DNA of 62,824 bases from Candidatus Pacearchaeota archaeon (GCA_018303925.1 JAGVXF010000010.1:1-62824); one strand, 5' to 3'; positions 1-9,936 are shown, counted from the stretch's first letter. Numbers and translations: made by a program. Notes: generated from the sequence alone by a model not told the origin.

Positions 1-95
1 AGCAGTTTTTGATTATATAAAAAATCAAGAGTTGCACCATTCATTTCATTGAAGACGAAAGGACGCCGTGCCCTTTAGGGCACGGAGGATGTCAC
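1..95 (+). mobile_element. Right end of IS200/IS605-family element
   Basis: Perfect hairpin CCGTGCCC-TTTA-GGGCACGG (66-85) followed by AGGATGTCAC, a typical IS200/IS605 right-end layout ending in TCAC. Confidence 0.7.
2..52 (+). CDS. tnpA: C-terminal end of IS200-family Y1 transposase (partial, runs in from left edge)
   Basis: Frame 2 reads AVFDYIKNQELHHSFH*; YIxNQ resembles the catalytic-Tyr helix of IS200 TnpA; an IS200/IS605-type end hairpin follows. Confidence 0.65.
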   Translation, partial: AVFDYIKNQELHHSFH

Positions 96-169
96 ATTAT
101 AAATTGTTAATGATAAATTTTATTCCCCAAATATTTTGTGGCAACAGGAAAATTTTTTTCTGTATTTTT

Positions 170-1006
170 TTAATGTTTTTCGTTAATTTTTTCTTTTGAA
201 TTAACATCTGGTTTTATCCGCATTTCCAGAATTTCTTTTGGAATTGAATTACCCCATGCCTTGCAGTACTGTTTGTATTCGCACCAGTTGCAAAGAACCG
301 ATTTATTCGGCGGAAATTCTTTTGCTGATTCAATCTCATTTATCTGTCTTACAATTTCTTTTTTTAAATTTTCAAGCTGTTCATTTGTTCTCTTTGATAT
401 AATTTTTAGATTGTAATTTAAATAATGCCATACAAGAACAACTGGTTTTTCCTGCCCATAGGTCTCTTTAATTGCAATTGAGTATAGTGCAAGTTGCCTG
501 TCATTTTCGAATTTTTTGCGGTCCGGGAGAGTGTTTGCAGTCTTGTAATCATGAATTTCATATTCGTTTTTTTCTTTATTGTAAACTAATCTATCTATAT
601 AACCAATAACTTTGTGCGGAAAATTTTTTTCAAGATTTATCCATACTTTTTTTTCAGTTTCAAGGGTTCCGTCATCAAAAGGATGGTGTTTTGCATAGTA
701 ATCAACAAGAAATTTTATGCCTTTGTTAAAATAATCCTGTTTTGAGAGGTTATTTACAATTACAATTTCACCGGTATATTTCTCCTGCCAAACGAGAGAG
801 TATTTTTCAATCAATTCATCCATTTCAGGAACATGTTTTTGAAGAACATTCTTGTAAAGCCATTCAAGAGCATCGTGGACGCACTCGCCAAGATGGGCTT
901 CAACAGTTTTTTTGACAGGAGACGGAATTTTATCAAGATATTTAAGCTTGTATTGATATCTGCATTGTTCAAAAGCGGATATTCTTGAATGTGAATAAAG
1001 AGTCAT
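170..1006 (-). CDS. PD-(D/E)XK nuclease, RecB/Cas4-like (stand-alone)
   Basis: SHSRISAFEQC N-terminus, G-YIDRL...IHDYKT nuclease motif, QLALY, C-terminal CNWCEYKQYC Fe-S-type cysteines. Confidence 0.85.
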   Translation of the reverse strand: MTLYSHSRISAFEQCRYQYKLKYLDKIPSPVKKTVEAHLGECVHDALEWLYKNVLQKHVPEMDELIEKYSLVWQEKYTGEIVIVNNLSKQDYFNKGIKFLVDYYAKHHPFDDGTLETEKKVWINLEKNFPHKVIGYIDRLVYNKEKNEYEIHDYKTANTLPDRKKFENDRQLALYSIAIKETYGQEKPVVLVWHYLNYNLKIISKRTNEQLENLKKEIVRQINEIESAKEFPPNKSVLCNWCEYKQYCKAWGNSIPKEILEMRIKPDVNSKEKINEKH

Positions 1007-1241
1007 GATTTGAAAAAAGAAAAAGGAGTTATAAAGTTTTCTTTTTAAAGTCGTTTTCTCGTCCCGTTTCGTCGTGTTCCAAACTCGTCCGTTCTTGTAA
1101 AGTGAAAATTTAATTGCATGTAACTATTTAGAGATTCCTCTATCTCTTAAATAACAAGAATCTTTATGAAATATCCCTTAGATCCTTTACTAATCTTTTC
1201 ATTCTTAATAAGATGGTCCAAAACTTTCCTGTCAAAATTGT

Positions 1242-1565
1242 TCATTTTTCTTTTAATAATCTTTCAAGTTTTCCTTTTATATTTCCCAGTTCCTCGCTTT
1301 TGAATTCTTTAAAAGTTCCGCTTTTTCCTCCGGGAATTTTTGAAGTAAGAATTAATTTTAAATTTTTATAGTCCGGAATCATTTTTTTAATTGTTTTACT
1401 TAAGGAATTTAATGCGGTTTTTTCCTCCAAAAATCCCCATGAGGTCCCGCCTCCTTCAAGATTGAAAGAATAGTTTAGTTTGTATCCTTTGTTATCTTCT
1501 TTACCTAAAAAGTCTTTTAATAAGTTAATGTAAAATTCTTGAGGAGAATTGCTGTAATTTTCCAT
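1242..1565 (-). CDS. hypothetical protein
   Basis: 107-aa ORF directly downstream of 1568..2503 on the same strand. Confidence 0.6.
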   Translation of the reverse strand: MENYSNSPQEFYINLLKDFLGKEDNKGYKLNYSFNLEGGGTSWGFLEEKTALNSLSKTIKKMIPDYKNLKLILTSKIPGGKSGTFKEFKSEELGNIKGKLERLLKEK

Positions 1566-1567
1566 CC

Positions 1568-2503
1568 TTAATTGTCTTCACTTTCTTCAGGAGTGTCACG
1601 AGCCAAAAATTCCCACCAAGGACCTTTCATCCTTATTATTTCTCCCGTTTCAGCATCAATTTCCGACCTTATATCTTCCCAGGTTTTAAATAAAAAGAAT
1701 AACCTTGCCTTTTTTTTAACTTCAACAAGATATTTCCCGTCTTCGGTTAGATTAAGAGTTTCATTTTCAAGATGAGCTCTTATTTTTTCTTTAATTCTTT
1801 CCATTGCTTCATCGGGGAGAATTATTCTTTTTGTTTCATTGTTTTTGAAAACGCCATAAATCTCATCATTGTTTTTGTATAAAGTTACTTTTGTTGATGC
1901 ATTTACATCCTTTACCTGAACTATCACATTTCCTGAACTTCCGGCGTGAATTGTGAGAATTCTTGATCCGTTTTCAAACCAACATTTTATCGCCAAACCC
2001 CCTCTTTCACAATTTTCAGGAAGGGATTCAGATTCCATTCTTAGTCTGTGCTCAGCTTTTATAATCCTTGCTCTCTCGAATTCTGAAAGGTTTACTTTTT
2101 CTTTTAGTTCAAAATTTCTTTTAAGTTCTATCTTTGAAAGTTCTATTAATTTTCCAACCTGGCAGGTACTTGCCATGTCTGTTCTAAGGCGCCCTTCAAA
2201 TTCAACTCTTAAGCCATCTTTTTTGAATTCGGTTCTTAAGTCTATAGGTTCATAACCTTTTCCATCTTCAACTAAGATTACCCAGCATCCTCCCTCTATG
2301 TTGAGATGTTTTATTATTCCATGTCCTTCTATTTCTGTTTCATTTTCATCATTATTACTATTAATTGAACCATTAATGGAAGAACTTCCTGCTCCATTAT
2401 TTTCAGATTCATTGTCAGCAAGGATAAAAGAACTATAAATTAAGATTATCCCCAAGCTTAAGATAAACGATAAAATTATCATCTTTTTGTTCATATTTTC
2501 CAT
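1568..2503 (-). CDS. secreted/membrane-anchored hypothetical protein
   Basis: N-terminal hydrophobic signal, Asn/Ser-rich linker, EGGCW and STCQVG motifs. Confidence 0.7.
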   Translation of the reverse strand: MENMNKKMIILSFILSLGIILIYSSFILADNESENNGAGSSSINGSINSNNDENETEIEGHGIIKHLNIEGGCWVILVEDGKGYEPIDLRTEFKKDGLRVEFEGRLRTDMASTCQVGKLIELSKIELKRNFELKEKVNLSEFERARIIKAEHRLRMESESLPENCERGGLAIKCWFENGSRILTIHAGSSGNVIVQVKDVNASTKVTLYKNNDEIYGVFKNNETKRIILPDEAMERIKEKIRAHLENETLNLTEDGKYLVEVKKKARLFFLFKTWEDIRSEIDAETGEIIRMKGPWWEFLARDTPEESEDN

Positions 2504-2610
2504 TTTTATTATAAGGAAGGGGTTTTTTTAAAGGTGATGGATTTGACTTTGATTGCTTCAAAATATTTTTTTAATAAACCCAGAAAGTTGCATGATTGTG
2601 TATTCCTATT

Positions 2611-3813
2611 TTACCTGACAATTTCACCAAAACCAATAAGTCTCCAGTGTCCGTTTATGTTTCTTGCTATTCCGACATTGTCTTTGGTTATTCCGATTAT
2701 TGGGATATTAAGATTCATTTCAACAATGTCCCCTGAGATTTTTTCAACTGTTCCGACTGTGATTGTGGTGTTTACAGAAAGCATCAACATTTCTTTTGTT
2801 TTTAACTCGGTCACCTTATCTTTGGTTTCCTTTCCTAAAACTTCTTTGAAAAGTTCAGCCTTTATTTTTACTTTTGACATTATATCTGGAAGGTTTCCTT
2901 TTGTTGAGGCAACTGACCCAGTCAAGGAGTCGGTTTTTGTCATAAAGGGATCAAGTTCCGTTTCAATTGAGATGCTTGCTCCCGGGAATACTTCATTAAC
3001 CTTCAAATCTCCTTTTTGTATAGAAATTATTTTGGTTGTTACGGGTTCGTGAATGTACTGGTTGTTTCTTTTTATTGCAATACCCGGTTTTATTTCTATT
3101 TCTTCCCCGACTTTGAGATTTCCCTCTTTTAGAATCCCTCCAAGGATGCCACCGTGGATATTTTTGATTTCGGTTCCCGGTCTGTTAATGTCAAAACTTC
3201 TTGCGATAATGAAAATTGGTTTTTTTGTTTTGTCCCTTTCGGGAATCGGAATTTCCCAAAGTGCCTTTAAAAGTTTGCCGATGTTTACTCCCTGTTGTGC
3301 TGATATTGGGATTACTGGTGAATTTTCTGCTGTTGTTCCTTTCACAAATTCTTTTATTTCTTTGTAATTTTCAAGCGCTTTTTCTTTTGAAACAAGGTCA
3401 ATTTTGTTTTGGACTATTATAATGTTTTTTATTTTTTTTGCCTGAAGAGCCATAAAGTGCTCTTTTGTCTGGGGTTTTATTCCTTCATTAGCCGCGATAA
3501 CCAAAATTGCCGAGTCAATAATTGCTGCGCCCGAAAGCATTGTTGCCATGAGCATTTCATGTCCCGGTGAGTCTATAAAAGAAATGTACCTTACAGGTTT
3601 TCCTATTTTTTCGTTATTAAAGTTTCCGTTGTCGTCATAAATTATCATCTCGGCATAGCCGAGTTTTATTGTAATTCCTCGTTTAAGCTCTTCAGAATGT
3701 GTATCTGTGAACTTTCCCGTCAGCTTTGAAAGTAAGGTGGTCTTTCCGTGGTCAATATGTCCGACAACGCCAATGTTTAATTCAGGCAATTCTTTAACGC
3801 TTTCTTTGGTCAT
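2611..3813 (-). CDS. eif2g: translation initiation factor 2 subunit gamma (aIF2-gamma)
   Basis: GHIDHGKT, RGITIKLGY, DSPGHE, NKID GTPase motifs; C-terminal WRLIGFG. Confidence 0.95.
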   Translation of the reverse strand: MTKESVKELPELNIGVVGHIDHGKTTLLSKLTGKFTDTHSEELKRGITIKLGYAEMIIYDDNGNFNNEKIGKPVRYISFIDSPGHEMLMATMLSGAAIIDSAILVIAANEGIKPQTKEHFMALQAKKIKNIIIVQNKIDLVSKEKALENYKEIKEFVKGTTAENSPVIPISAQQGVNIGKLLKALWEIPIPERDKTKKPIFIIARSFDINRPGTEIKNIHGGILGGILKEGNLKVGEEIEIKPGIAIKRNNQYIHEPVTTKIISIQKGDLKVNEVFPGASISIETELDPFMTKTDSLTGSVASTKGNLPDIMSKVKIKAELFKEVLGKETKDKVTELKTKEMLMLSVNTTITVGTVEKISGDIVEMNLNIPIIGITKDNVGIARNINGHWRLIGFGEIVR

Positions 3814-3866
3814 AAAAAGTTTAGAAAAGAGGAGTTAAAAAAGGTTTCTGGGAAACTTTTTTTAAT

Positions 3867-4244
3867 TTAATCTGCACATCCATTTCCATTTGCATCTGGT
3901 GTGTATCGGATGTTGTTCAAATCTTCATTATTGAGCTCTTTTGTTCTTTTTATATATGCAGCCCAAGTCTCTTGATTATGGACAAATCCGTTCATCTCAC
4001 GTTCTTTTATGTAAGCATCCCAAAGCATTCCTGGGACTACATAATTTTCAATTCCTTTTGCATTCATAACCATATTGGGAGCTTTTTGATAATTTTCGTA
4101 AATTTTTTTTCCTCCGGAGTAAAGTGCCCCAATGGTGATTATTCCTATCGCTGTGATTCCTATTTTCCTCAAAAGTTCCGACATTTTAGGCTCTTTTGAA
4201 AGCGTGTAGCTTGGTTTTCCTACGTTATATTTTTTGCTTTTCAT
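3867..4244 (-). CDS. hypothetical protein with one TM segment
   Basis: 125-aa ORF with hydrophobic stretch IGITAIGIITIGALY. Confidence 0.55.
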   Translation of the reverse strand: MKSKKYNVGKPSYTLSKEPKMSELLRKIGITAIGIITIGALYSGGKKIYENYQKAPNMVMNAKGIENYVVPGMLWDAYIKEREMNGFVHNQETWAAYIKRTKELNNEDLNNIRYTPDANGNGCAD

Positions 4245-4534
4245 TTAGTTTTTTCCTCCTTTATTCTGAAGTTAGCGGGATGATACCCCCTTTTTAGTTG
4301 AAAGTAATACAAATCAGGGGTATATAAATCTTTTGATATGTTGTTTCTTTAAAAGGGTAACAAAATAATTTTATAAACTTCTGCTGTCATTTTCCGATAT
4401 GGGAAGACTATTTTTCCTTGATATCTGGGAGAAGGAGAATCGGGCCGAAATATTAATAAATTTATTTGGTTTGAAAGTTTTGCAGGAACAATTGATGAAT
4501 TCAAAAGTTTTGGATAATTCTTTATAAAAAGAAA

Positions 4535-4987
4535 TTATTGGGTTATGGTTTCTGTAGGTTTTTCAGCTGGTTTTTCGACCGGCGCAAAAATTTCAGCGAG
4601 AGGTCTTTTTCCTTCTTTAACAACTTTCAAATTAATTTGAACAATAGACTCGGAAATAACTTTTCCCCTTACTTTTTTCCTTAATCTCAATCCTTTTGGT
4701 TTTTTGTCTTTTGCGGGTTTTTTTCCCTCTCTTCGTGGTTTTTTGTGCATGCCTTTTCCGTATGTTAATAAAACTCCCCTGAGGACTTGACCCGGGACTT
4801 CTTTTAGGGATGGAAATCCCGCGTTGTCTGAAGTGCCAGTTATCTCAAATTCATATCCTTCAAGGTCGTTTTTGATTTCTTTTCCGTCTATTTTGTCGCC
4901 GAGTTCTTTGTCAATTAATCCCGGTGCATTTGCTTCAAGTTTGTAAGTTTTTCCTGATTTTTCTCCGATGTTAATTTTGAATGCCAT
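4535..4987 (-). CDS. rps6e: 30S ribosomal protein S6e
   Basis: FKINI, ITGTSDNAGFP, GLRLRKKVRG, QINLKV motifs. Confidence 0.93.
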   Translation of the reverse strand: MAFKINIGEKSGKTYKLEANAPGLIDKELGDKIDGKEIKNDLEGYEFEITGTSDNAGFPSLKEVPGQVLRGVLLTYGKGMHKKPRREGKKPAKDKKPKGLRLRKKVRGKVISESIVQINLKVVKEGKRPLAEIFAPVEKPAEKPTETITQ

Positions 4988-5103
4988 GGAGTATTTTATA
5001 GAAGTTCATTTATAAAGATTTTGTTGAGGGTTGGTCAGAAATTAAATTTACCACATAGAAATTAATAAAATTGATTATAAATTATTTTTAACTTCTTTTT
5101 TTT

Positions 5104-5337
5104 ATGAATTTAGGAGATTTATTTAAAGGAGGGATAAAATTTTATTGTGGGGGCTGCAGAAATGAAATTGAAAATTTAGCAACTCTAAACAGGGTTCTTT
5201 ACAATTTAATTTATGATCCTGTAACCGGAAAAATATATCACAATTCCCTTTGCAGACTTATGGACAAAGAAAGCACTAAAGGAAAAGTAATTTATGTAAG
5301 ATATAAGTCACTTGAGAAGATGATTAAGAACAAATAA
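5104..5337 (+). CDS. small putative Zn-binding protein
   Basis: YCGGC...GKIYHNSLC; paralogous to the next ORF. Confidence 0.55.
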   Translation: MNLGDLFKGGIKFYCGGCRNEIENLATLNRVLYNLIYDPVTGKIYHNSLCRLMDKESTKGKVIYVRYKSLEKMIKNK

Positions 5338-5365
5338 ACTTCTTAATCACAATAATTTTTATAAA

Positions 5366-5704
5366 ATGAAGATTAATCCTCTTTTAATGGGATGGTATGA
5401 AATTTTTTCTTTTTTTAAGAAGGGCAAAAAAGATAAACTTTATTGCAATTATCCAGAATGTGGGCAGGAAATTACAACCCCTGAAGTTTTATACAACAAA
5501 ATGAAAGGGGAGATTTATCACAACAATTCTGCCTGTGAAGAGTTTTCTGAAGTAATGAGAGTTTCAAAATCCAAGGGAAAAATAAAAATCGGGGAAAATA
5601 GGGTAGCAGAAATAATCTCACGCGAAGAAGCTCTGAGTCTTTTAAGGAAAGGAAATCTTAAGCAGTCATCAGAACTTGAAAAAAAGGTTGAACAGTTGTT
5701 TTAA
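5366..5704 (+). CDS. small putative Zn-binding protein
   Basis: YCNYPEC...GEIYHNNSAC; paralogous to the previous ORF. Confidence 0.6.
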   Translation: MKINPLLMGWYEIFSFFKKGKKDKLYCNYPECGQEITTPEVLYNKMKGEIYHNNSACEEFSEVMRVSKSKGKIKIGENRVAEIISREEALSLLRKGNLKQSSELEKKVEQLF

Positions 5705-5760
5705 TTATGAAAAGATAACAAAATATAAAAATTTATAAAGTTCAGACAGATAAAATTTGT

Positions 5761-6517
5761 ATGAAAGCAAAGTTTAAAGGAATTCCTTTAATAGAAATGC
5801 CAAAAAATATTCCTAGTTATAACTTTTTAACCGGAGATTTTTGGAGAAGAAGTGCTTAAAGAATATAACTCAATTGTAAAAGAAGACTATAAAAACAATT
5901 CTAATCTGAAAGTTTTGGATTTTATCGGGGGCGTTGTAAAAGGCTCAAACACTTATTCAGTTTTTCTCATGAATAAAATTCTATCTAAAGAAAATTTAAG
6001 GACAGCAACATTAACAGACATTCAAAAAATAATTGATAAAGATGAGACTTTTTTAAGGGGTTTTTATACTGATTTGGGAATGATTTTAAGAACAAAGGAG
6101 AATCCAAATCAATATTTAGCTAATAAACTTGGTAAAGAAGCAAAAGAAAGGGGATACAACTTTTCAAATGAATCTCCTTTAATTTTCAAGCTTTCTGACC
6201 TGGAATTGGTTGTTGACGGTGATTCCCCTTTCCGCGGATTAGGGTTTATTATAAAAGAGTCCGCTTCTCCTTTTAATGCTTCAGAATTAAGCAATAAAAA
6301 TGGGAATAAGAAATTTAAGACGGTTAATAAGAAGGGAATTCCAATTTTTGACAATGAAGGAAATAGACTTTTTTATACAAGAGATAATGGTTTGGCAGGG
6401 TGTTGCTTGACTAAGTACTCGAACGTGGACTCTTATTGTTTGGGCTTGTCCGACTCAAATGACTATGGTCGGGTGGTGATCGTTTATGACGCCGAAGGCG
6501 TTGCGCCGAAAAAATAA
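5761..6517 (+). CDS. putative DGR target (variable) protein; natural start probably ATG 5761 with a +1 frameshift in the T run at 5838-5842 (ORF track starts at 5852)
   Basis: C-terminus GLAGCCLTKYSNVDSYCLGLSDSNDYGRVVIV fits the pattern I recall for DPANN DGR target proteins; removing one T fuses 5761 in frame (…GDFGEEVLKEY…). Confidence 0.7.
6389..6501 (+). other. putative DGR variable region with downstream GAA-loop hairpin
   Basis: GC-richer tract rich in NNC/NNT codons ending GGTCGGGTGGTG (6467-6478), then hairpin ACGCC-GAA-GGCGT (6489-6501). Confidence 0.6.
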
Positions 6518-6603
6518 GGTTTTGCTCCTTGGTAGGGAATGAGAATAATCTTCTTTTAATTTATGCAAAGATTTTTAATTGAAGGTGTTTAATTTATATA
6601 ATA

Positions 6604-8217
6604 ATGAATAAAAAAAATTACGGCAAGGGAAATAAAAATTTCAACAAATCTGCCGGCAGAATTGAAGCAAAAAAAATTTTAATAGAAAATATTGATTTAA
6701 ATTCAAAGGGAAGTGTTTTTGTAACGGGAGTTGTGAACAGAGTTGTACAGACGGGGGGACCCACGATTTTTGTGGTAAATGACGGGACAGGAAGTTTGTC
6801 TCTTAAAGGTTTTATTGGTCCGGGTCTTCGTGCTTATCCGGAAATAAAGGAAGATGATGCAGTGAAGGCAGTTGTCTCAATAAATGAATATCAGGGTGAA
6901 CTTGAGGGGGAAATAAGTTCAATTAAAAAACTTCCTGAAAATGAAAAAAAAGAGTTTTTGAAAAGTTTGATGGAACTTGAAAAAGAAAGGGCAAAAGTAA
7001 CCCCCCCCGAATTTTTAGTAAAAAGCCATATTCTTGATAAACTTAGAAATAGATTTATAGAAGCTGCAACACAGGTTCGTCTTGCGATAATTCAGGACAG
7101 GCCAATAATTGTAAGGCACCACAACGATGCCGACGGATACTCTTCGGGTTTTTCACTTGAAAGGGCGATACTTCCTCTGATTGAAAAACAGCACAGTTCA
7201 GTTAAAGCACCTTGGGAATTTTTTTTAAGGGCTCCTTCGCAGGCACCTTTTTATGAGATTGATGATTCAATTAGAGACATGGCAAATTCATTAAGGAATG
7301 TTGCAAAATTTTCAAACAAAATGCCTTTAATTATAATTGCGGACAATGGTTCAACCCCCGAAGACCTTATGGGAATAAAACAGGGAAAAGTCCACGGTGC
7401 CGATTTTATTGTGGTTGACCATCATGCATATGACAAAGATGTTGTTAGTCCTGAAGTGATGGTTCATATAAACCCCTTTCTCGTTGGTGAAGACGGCTCA
7501 CATTTTTCAGCAGGAATGCTTTGTACGGAATTTGCGAGGTTTATAAATCCGGATGTAAAAAATATAAATCAAATACCTGCAATGGCCGGTTTTGCAGACA
7601 GAATTGACCTTGGAAACCCTGATGTTATGGAAAAGTATCTAAATATTGCACAAAAAGAGGGGTATTCGCGGGAACTTTTATCAGATATTGCCTTGGTGAT
7701 AGATTATGTTTCAGCAAAAGTAAGGTTTATGGAAGCAAGGGAATACATTGAAGTTTTGTTCGGGGAGCCAAGGGGGAGGCAAAGAGAGCTTGTTTCTTTG
7801 ATGGCCCCATATATAAAAGAGCTTGATAAAAAAGGGCTTTTTATAGGGAAAAGCAATGCAAAACAAGAAAAAATAGGAAAGGTCGTTTTGCAGACAATTA
7901 AAATTGAAGAAACTTTTCCGGGGTTTGGATTTTTCCCTAAACCTGGAAGAGCTGTCGGGCTTGTCCATGATGATTACCAGAGAGAGAAAAATGTGACTGC
8001 ACTTGTCACAGCAGGAATAATGGCTACAGCAATGACTATAAGGGCAACCAATGAAGCAAACTTTTCATTTCATGAACTTTTGAACTTTCTGAATGAAAAG
8101 CTTCCCGATGCATTTGTCTCGGGAGGTGGCCACAAAAATGCAGGTTCTCTTAATTTTCTTCCTTATAAAAAAGAGGAAGTTGTAAATCTATTGAAAGAAT
8201 TCTTGAAAAGCCGGTGA
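6604..8217 (+). CDS. RecJ-like DHH phosphoesterase with N-terminal OB fold
   Basis: HHNDADG, ADNGS, VDHH and C-terminal GGGH motifs. Confidence 0.88.
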   Translation: MNKKNYGKGNKNFNKSAGRIEAKKILIENIDLNSKGSVFVTGVVNRVVQTGGPTIFVVNDGTGSLSLKGFIGPGLRAYPEIKEDDAVKAVVSINEYQGELEGEISSIKKLPENEKKEFLKSLMELEKERAKVTPPEFLVKSHILDKLRNRFIEAATQVRLAIIQDRPIIVRHHNDADGYSSGFSLERAILPLIEKQHSSVKAPWEFFLRAPSQAPFYEIDDSIRDMANSLRNVAKFSNKMPLIIIADNGSTPEDLMGIKQGKVHGADFIVVDHHAYDKDVVSPEVMVHINPFLVGEDGSHFSAGMLCTEFARFINPDVKNINQIPAMAGFADRIDLGNPDVMEKYLNIAQKEGYSRELLSDIALVIDYVSAKVRFMEAREYIEVLFGEPRGRQRELVSLMAPYIKELDKKGLFIGKSNAKQEKIGKVVLQTIKIEETFPGFGFFPKPGRAVGLVHDDYQREKNVTALVTAGIMATAMTIRATNEANFSFHELLNFLNEKLPDAFVSGGGHKNAGSLNFLPYKKEEVVNLLKEFLKSR

Positions 8218-8284
8218 ACAATGAATTCAAAAGGTTAAATCAATTTTTAATATAATTTTTCTTTATACATTCTAAATTGGATTG

Positions 8285-9835
8285 TTAAGGATGATAAATT
8301 CTAATTTTTGGGTCTCCAATATAAACTCCTTTCCAATTAATATAATAGCTTCCCATATACATGCTTTCTCCGGCAGTATAGCCTGAAGCATATCTATCTA
8401 TTACTATTTCAGGGTGGCTTATGGAGTTACTACCTGGCTCATGGACATAACCTTTAACGAAAGACATTCCTCCAGTAACCAAATCTGAAACCAAGGACTG
8501 ATCTATGCCTACATCAGGCGAATAGTATGAAGCTACAGGATTAAAAGTTCTGCCCGAGGTTGAAACTGCAGTGTCTCCAATACTTCCGTGATTGAATGTT
8601 AAATTCCATTGAGAACTATTTGCCGTTGGTGCATTAGCATCATTGCTTCCAAAGGAATAGTATCCCATTAAGTTGTTGAGATTTATTTGGAAGGTCGTAG
8701 TATTATCCAATATGGTTGAGAAACCTTTTCCTTTAAGTATGCTATTTGCAAGTTCAAGATGGGCATCAAATGACACATAAAAAGGTGTTGCATTGTTCGA
8801 AATTTGTTTATCAAGAAGGAAATCTCCTTCTGTAGGGTAAAGCGATGATGGACCCATCGCATTGATAACATCTTGGGCAGTATAACCGTCAAGTCTTGCA
8901 ACCATATAAATATCGTAATGGGATTTATTTACAGGTCCCGTTTTTAAATATACGGGATTTGTTCTTCCCCAGAATGAGGAAGCACCGCATCCGCCCCACA
9001 ACTGCCCTTCTATGAAATAACTATATTTTGATAGGATGATTGTTAAAAGCGAGTCGACGGCCTTGCATGCTCCACTGCTATCCATTCTTAAAGGAATTCC
9101 CTTTGTAAGAACAATATAATTTGTTGAATTTGTTAAATTATTTTGTATGAGGTATTTTTCTATGGGCTGTCTTATTGTTGTGTTAAAAACTGTGTAAGAT
9201 ATTTTTTCATCAGTTGTAATTGAAAGGTTTAATTGTGGCATTGGTCCCCGAGTTTTAATGTAATAATTTGAAATTTCTATTGATTCTTGACTATTGAGAT
9301 TCGTGACCAATAGGACATCTGAGTAATTTAATTCTTTAGGTTTTTCCTTAGGTTTTTTTATAAGCGTTATGTTTTTTATTTGATACTCGGAGGAGGGAAT
9401 TGAAGAAGAAATCTCTTTTCCGTTGCTTTCGGTGTAAATGGGGATAATTGAAATTTTTTTTAGCAGATCCACATTTATTTGGTCTCTACTTAAATTCAAG
9501 GTGAATGTTTTTTCTCCAATTTCTGAAAATCCTTCTGGAATTTGGACTCTAATTAATTCGGAATGAAATTCATCTTCAAAAAGAAAATCAATTGAAGTTA
9601 TATTTATGTTTTCTGTTCCCACATTATTTCTTATTTTTATTGAGGCAGAATTTTCTGAAGAATCGACCATTACTGATTTTATAACCAGGTTTACTAAAAA
9701 ATCTTGAGTTGAAATGGAACTTTCGGAATTTTCAAGAAGCGTTTTTATAGGATTCCATAAAACTCCTGCTGCTGTCACGACCAATAAGACTATCACGATA
9801 CTTGAAACCACTGTGGATAAACCTCTCTTTTTCAT
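8285..9835 (-). CDS. surface protein with class III (pilin-like) signal peptide fused to a TIGR03790-like domain
   Basis: MKKRG/LSTVVSSIVIVLLVV signal; YIVLTKGIP, VARLDG, VSTSGRTF, GYVHEP, IGDP motifs. Confidence 0.7.
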   Translation of the reverse strand: MKKRGLSTVVSSIVIVLLVVTAAGVLWNPIKTLLENSESSISTQDFLVNLVIKSVMVDSSENSASIKIRNNVGTENINITSIDFLFEDEFHSELIRVQIPEGFSEIGEKTFTLNLSRDQINVDLLKKISIIPIYTESNGKEISSSIPSSEYQIKNITLIKKPKEKPKELNYSDVLLVTNLNSQESIEISNYYIKTRGPMPQLNLSITTDEKISYTVFNTTIRQPIEKYLIQNNLTNSTNYIVLTKGIPLRMDSSGACKAVDSLLTIILSKYSYFIEGQLWGGCGASSFWGRTNPVYLKTGPVNKSHYDIYMVARLDGYTAQDVINAMGPSSLYPTEGDFLLDKQISNNATPFYVSFDAHLELANSILKGKGFSTILDNTTTFQINLNNLMGYYSFGSNDANAPTANSSQWNLTFNHGSIGDTAVSTSGRTFNPVASYYSPDVGIDQSLVSDLVTGGMSFVKGYVHEPGSNSISHPEIVIDRYASGYTAGESMYMGSYYINWKGVYIGDPKIRIYHP

Positions 9836-9936
9836 TTTCTCTTTAAGAGGAGTTTGTTTTTATATTTTATTGTGGTTTGGACTTTTTAATTATTGGGAAC
9901 CCTCATATTTAAATAAGATATTTTCTTTTTTGAATC

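Noticed and set aside
1049..1100. CGT-rich patch upstream of the nuclease gene
   Set aside because: No clear periodicity or hairpin; probably the tail of a decayed minus-strand ORF
2534..3422. Plus-strand ORFs opposite aIF2-gamma and similar antisense ORFs elsewhere
   Set aside because: Shadow frames of well-supported genes on the other strand
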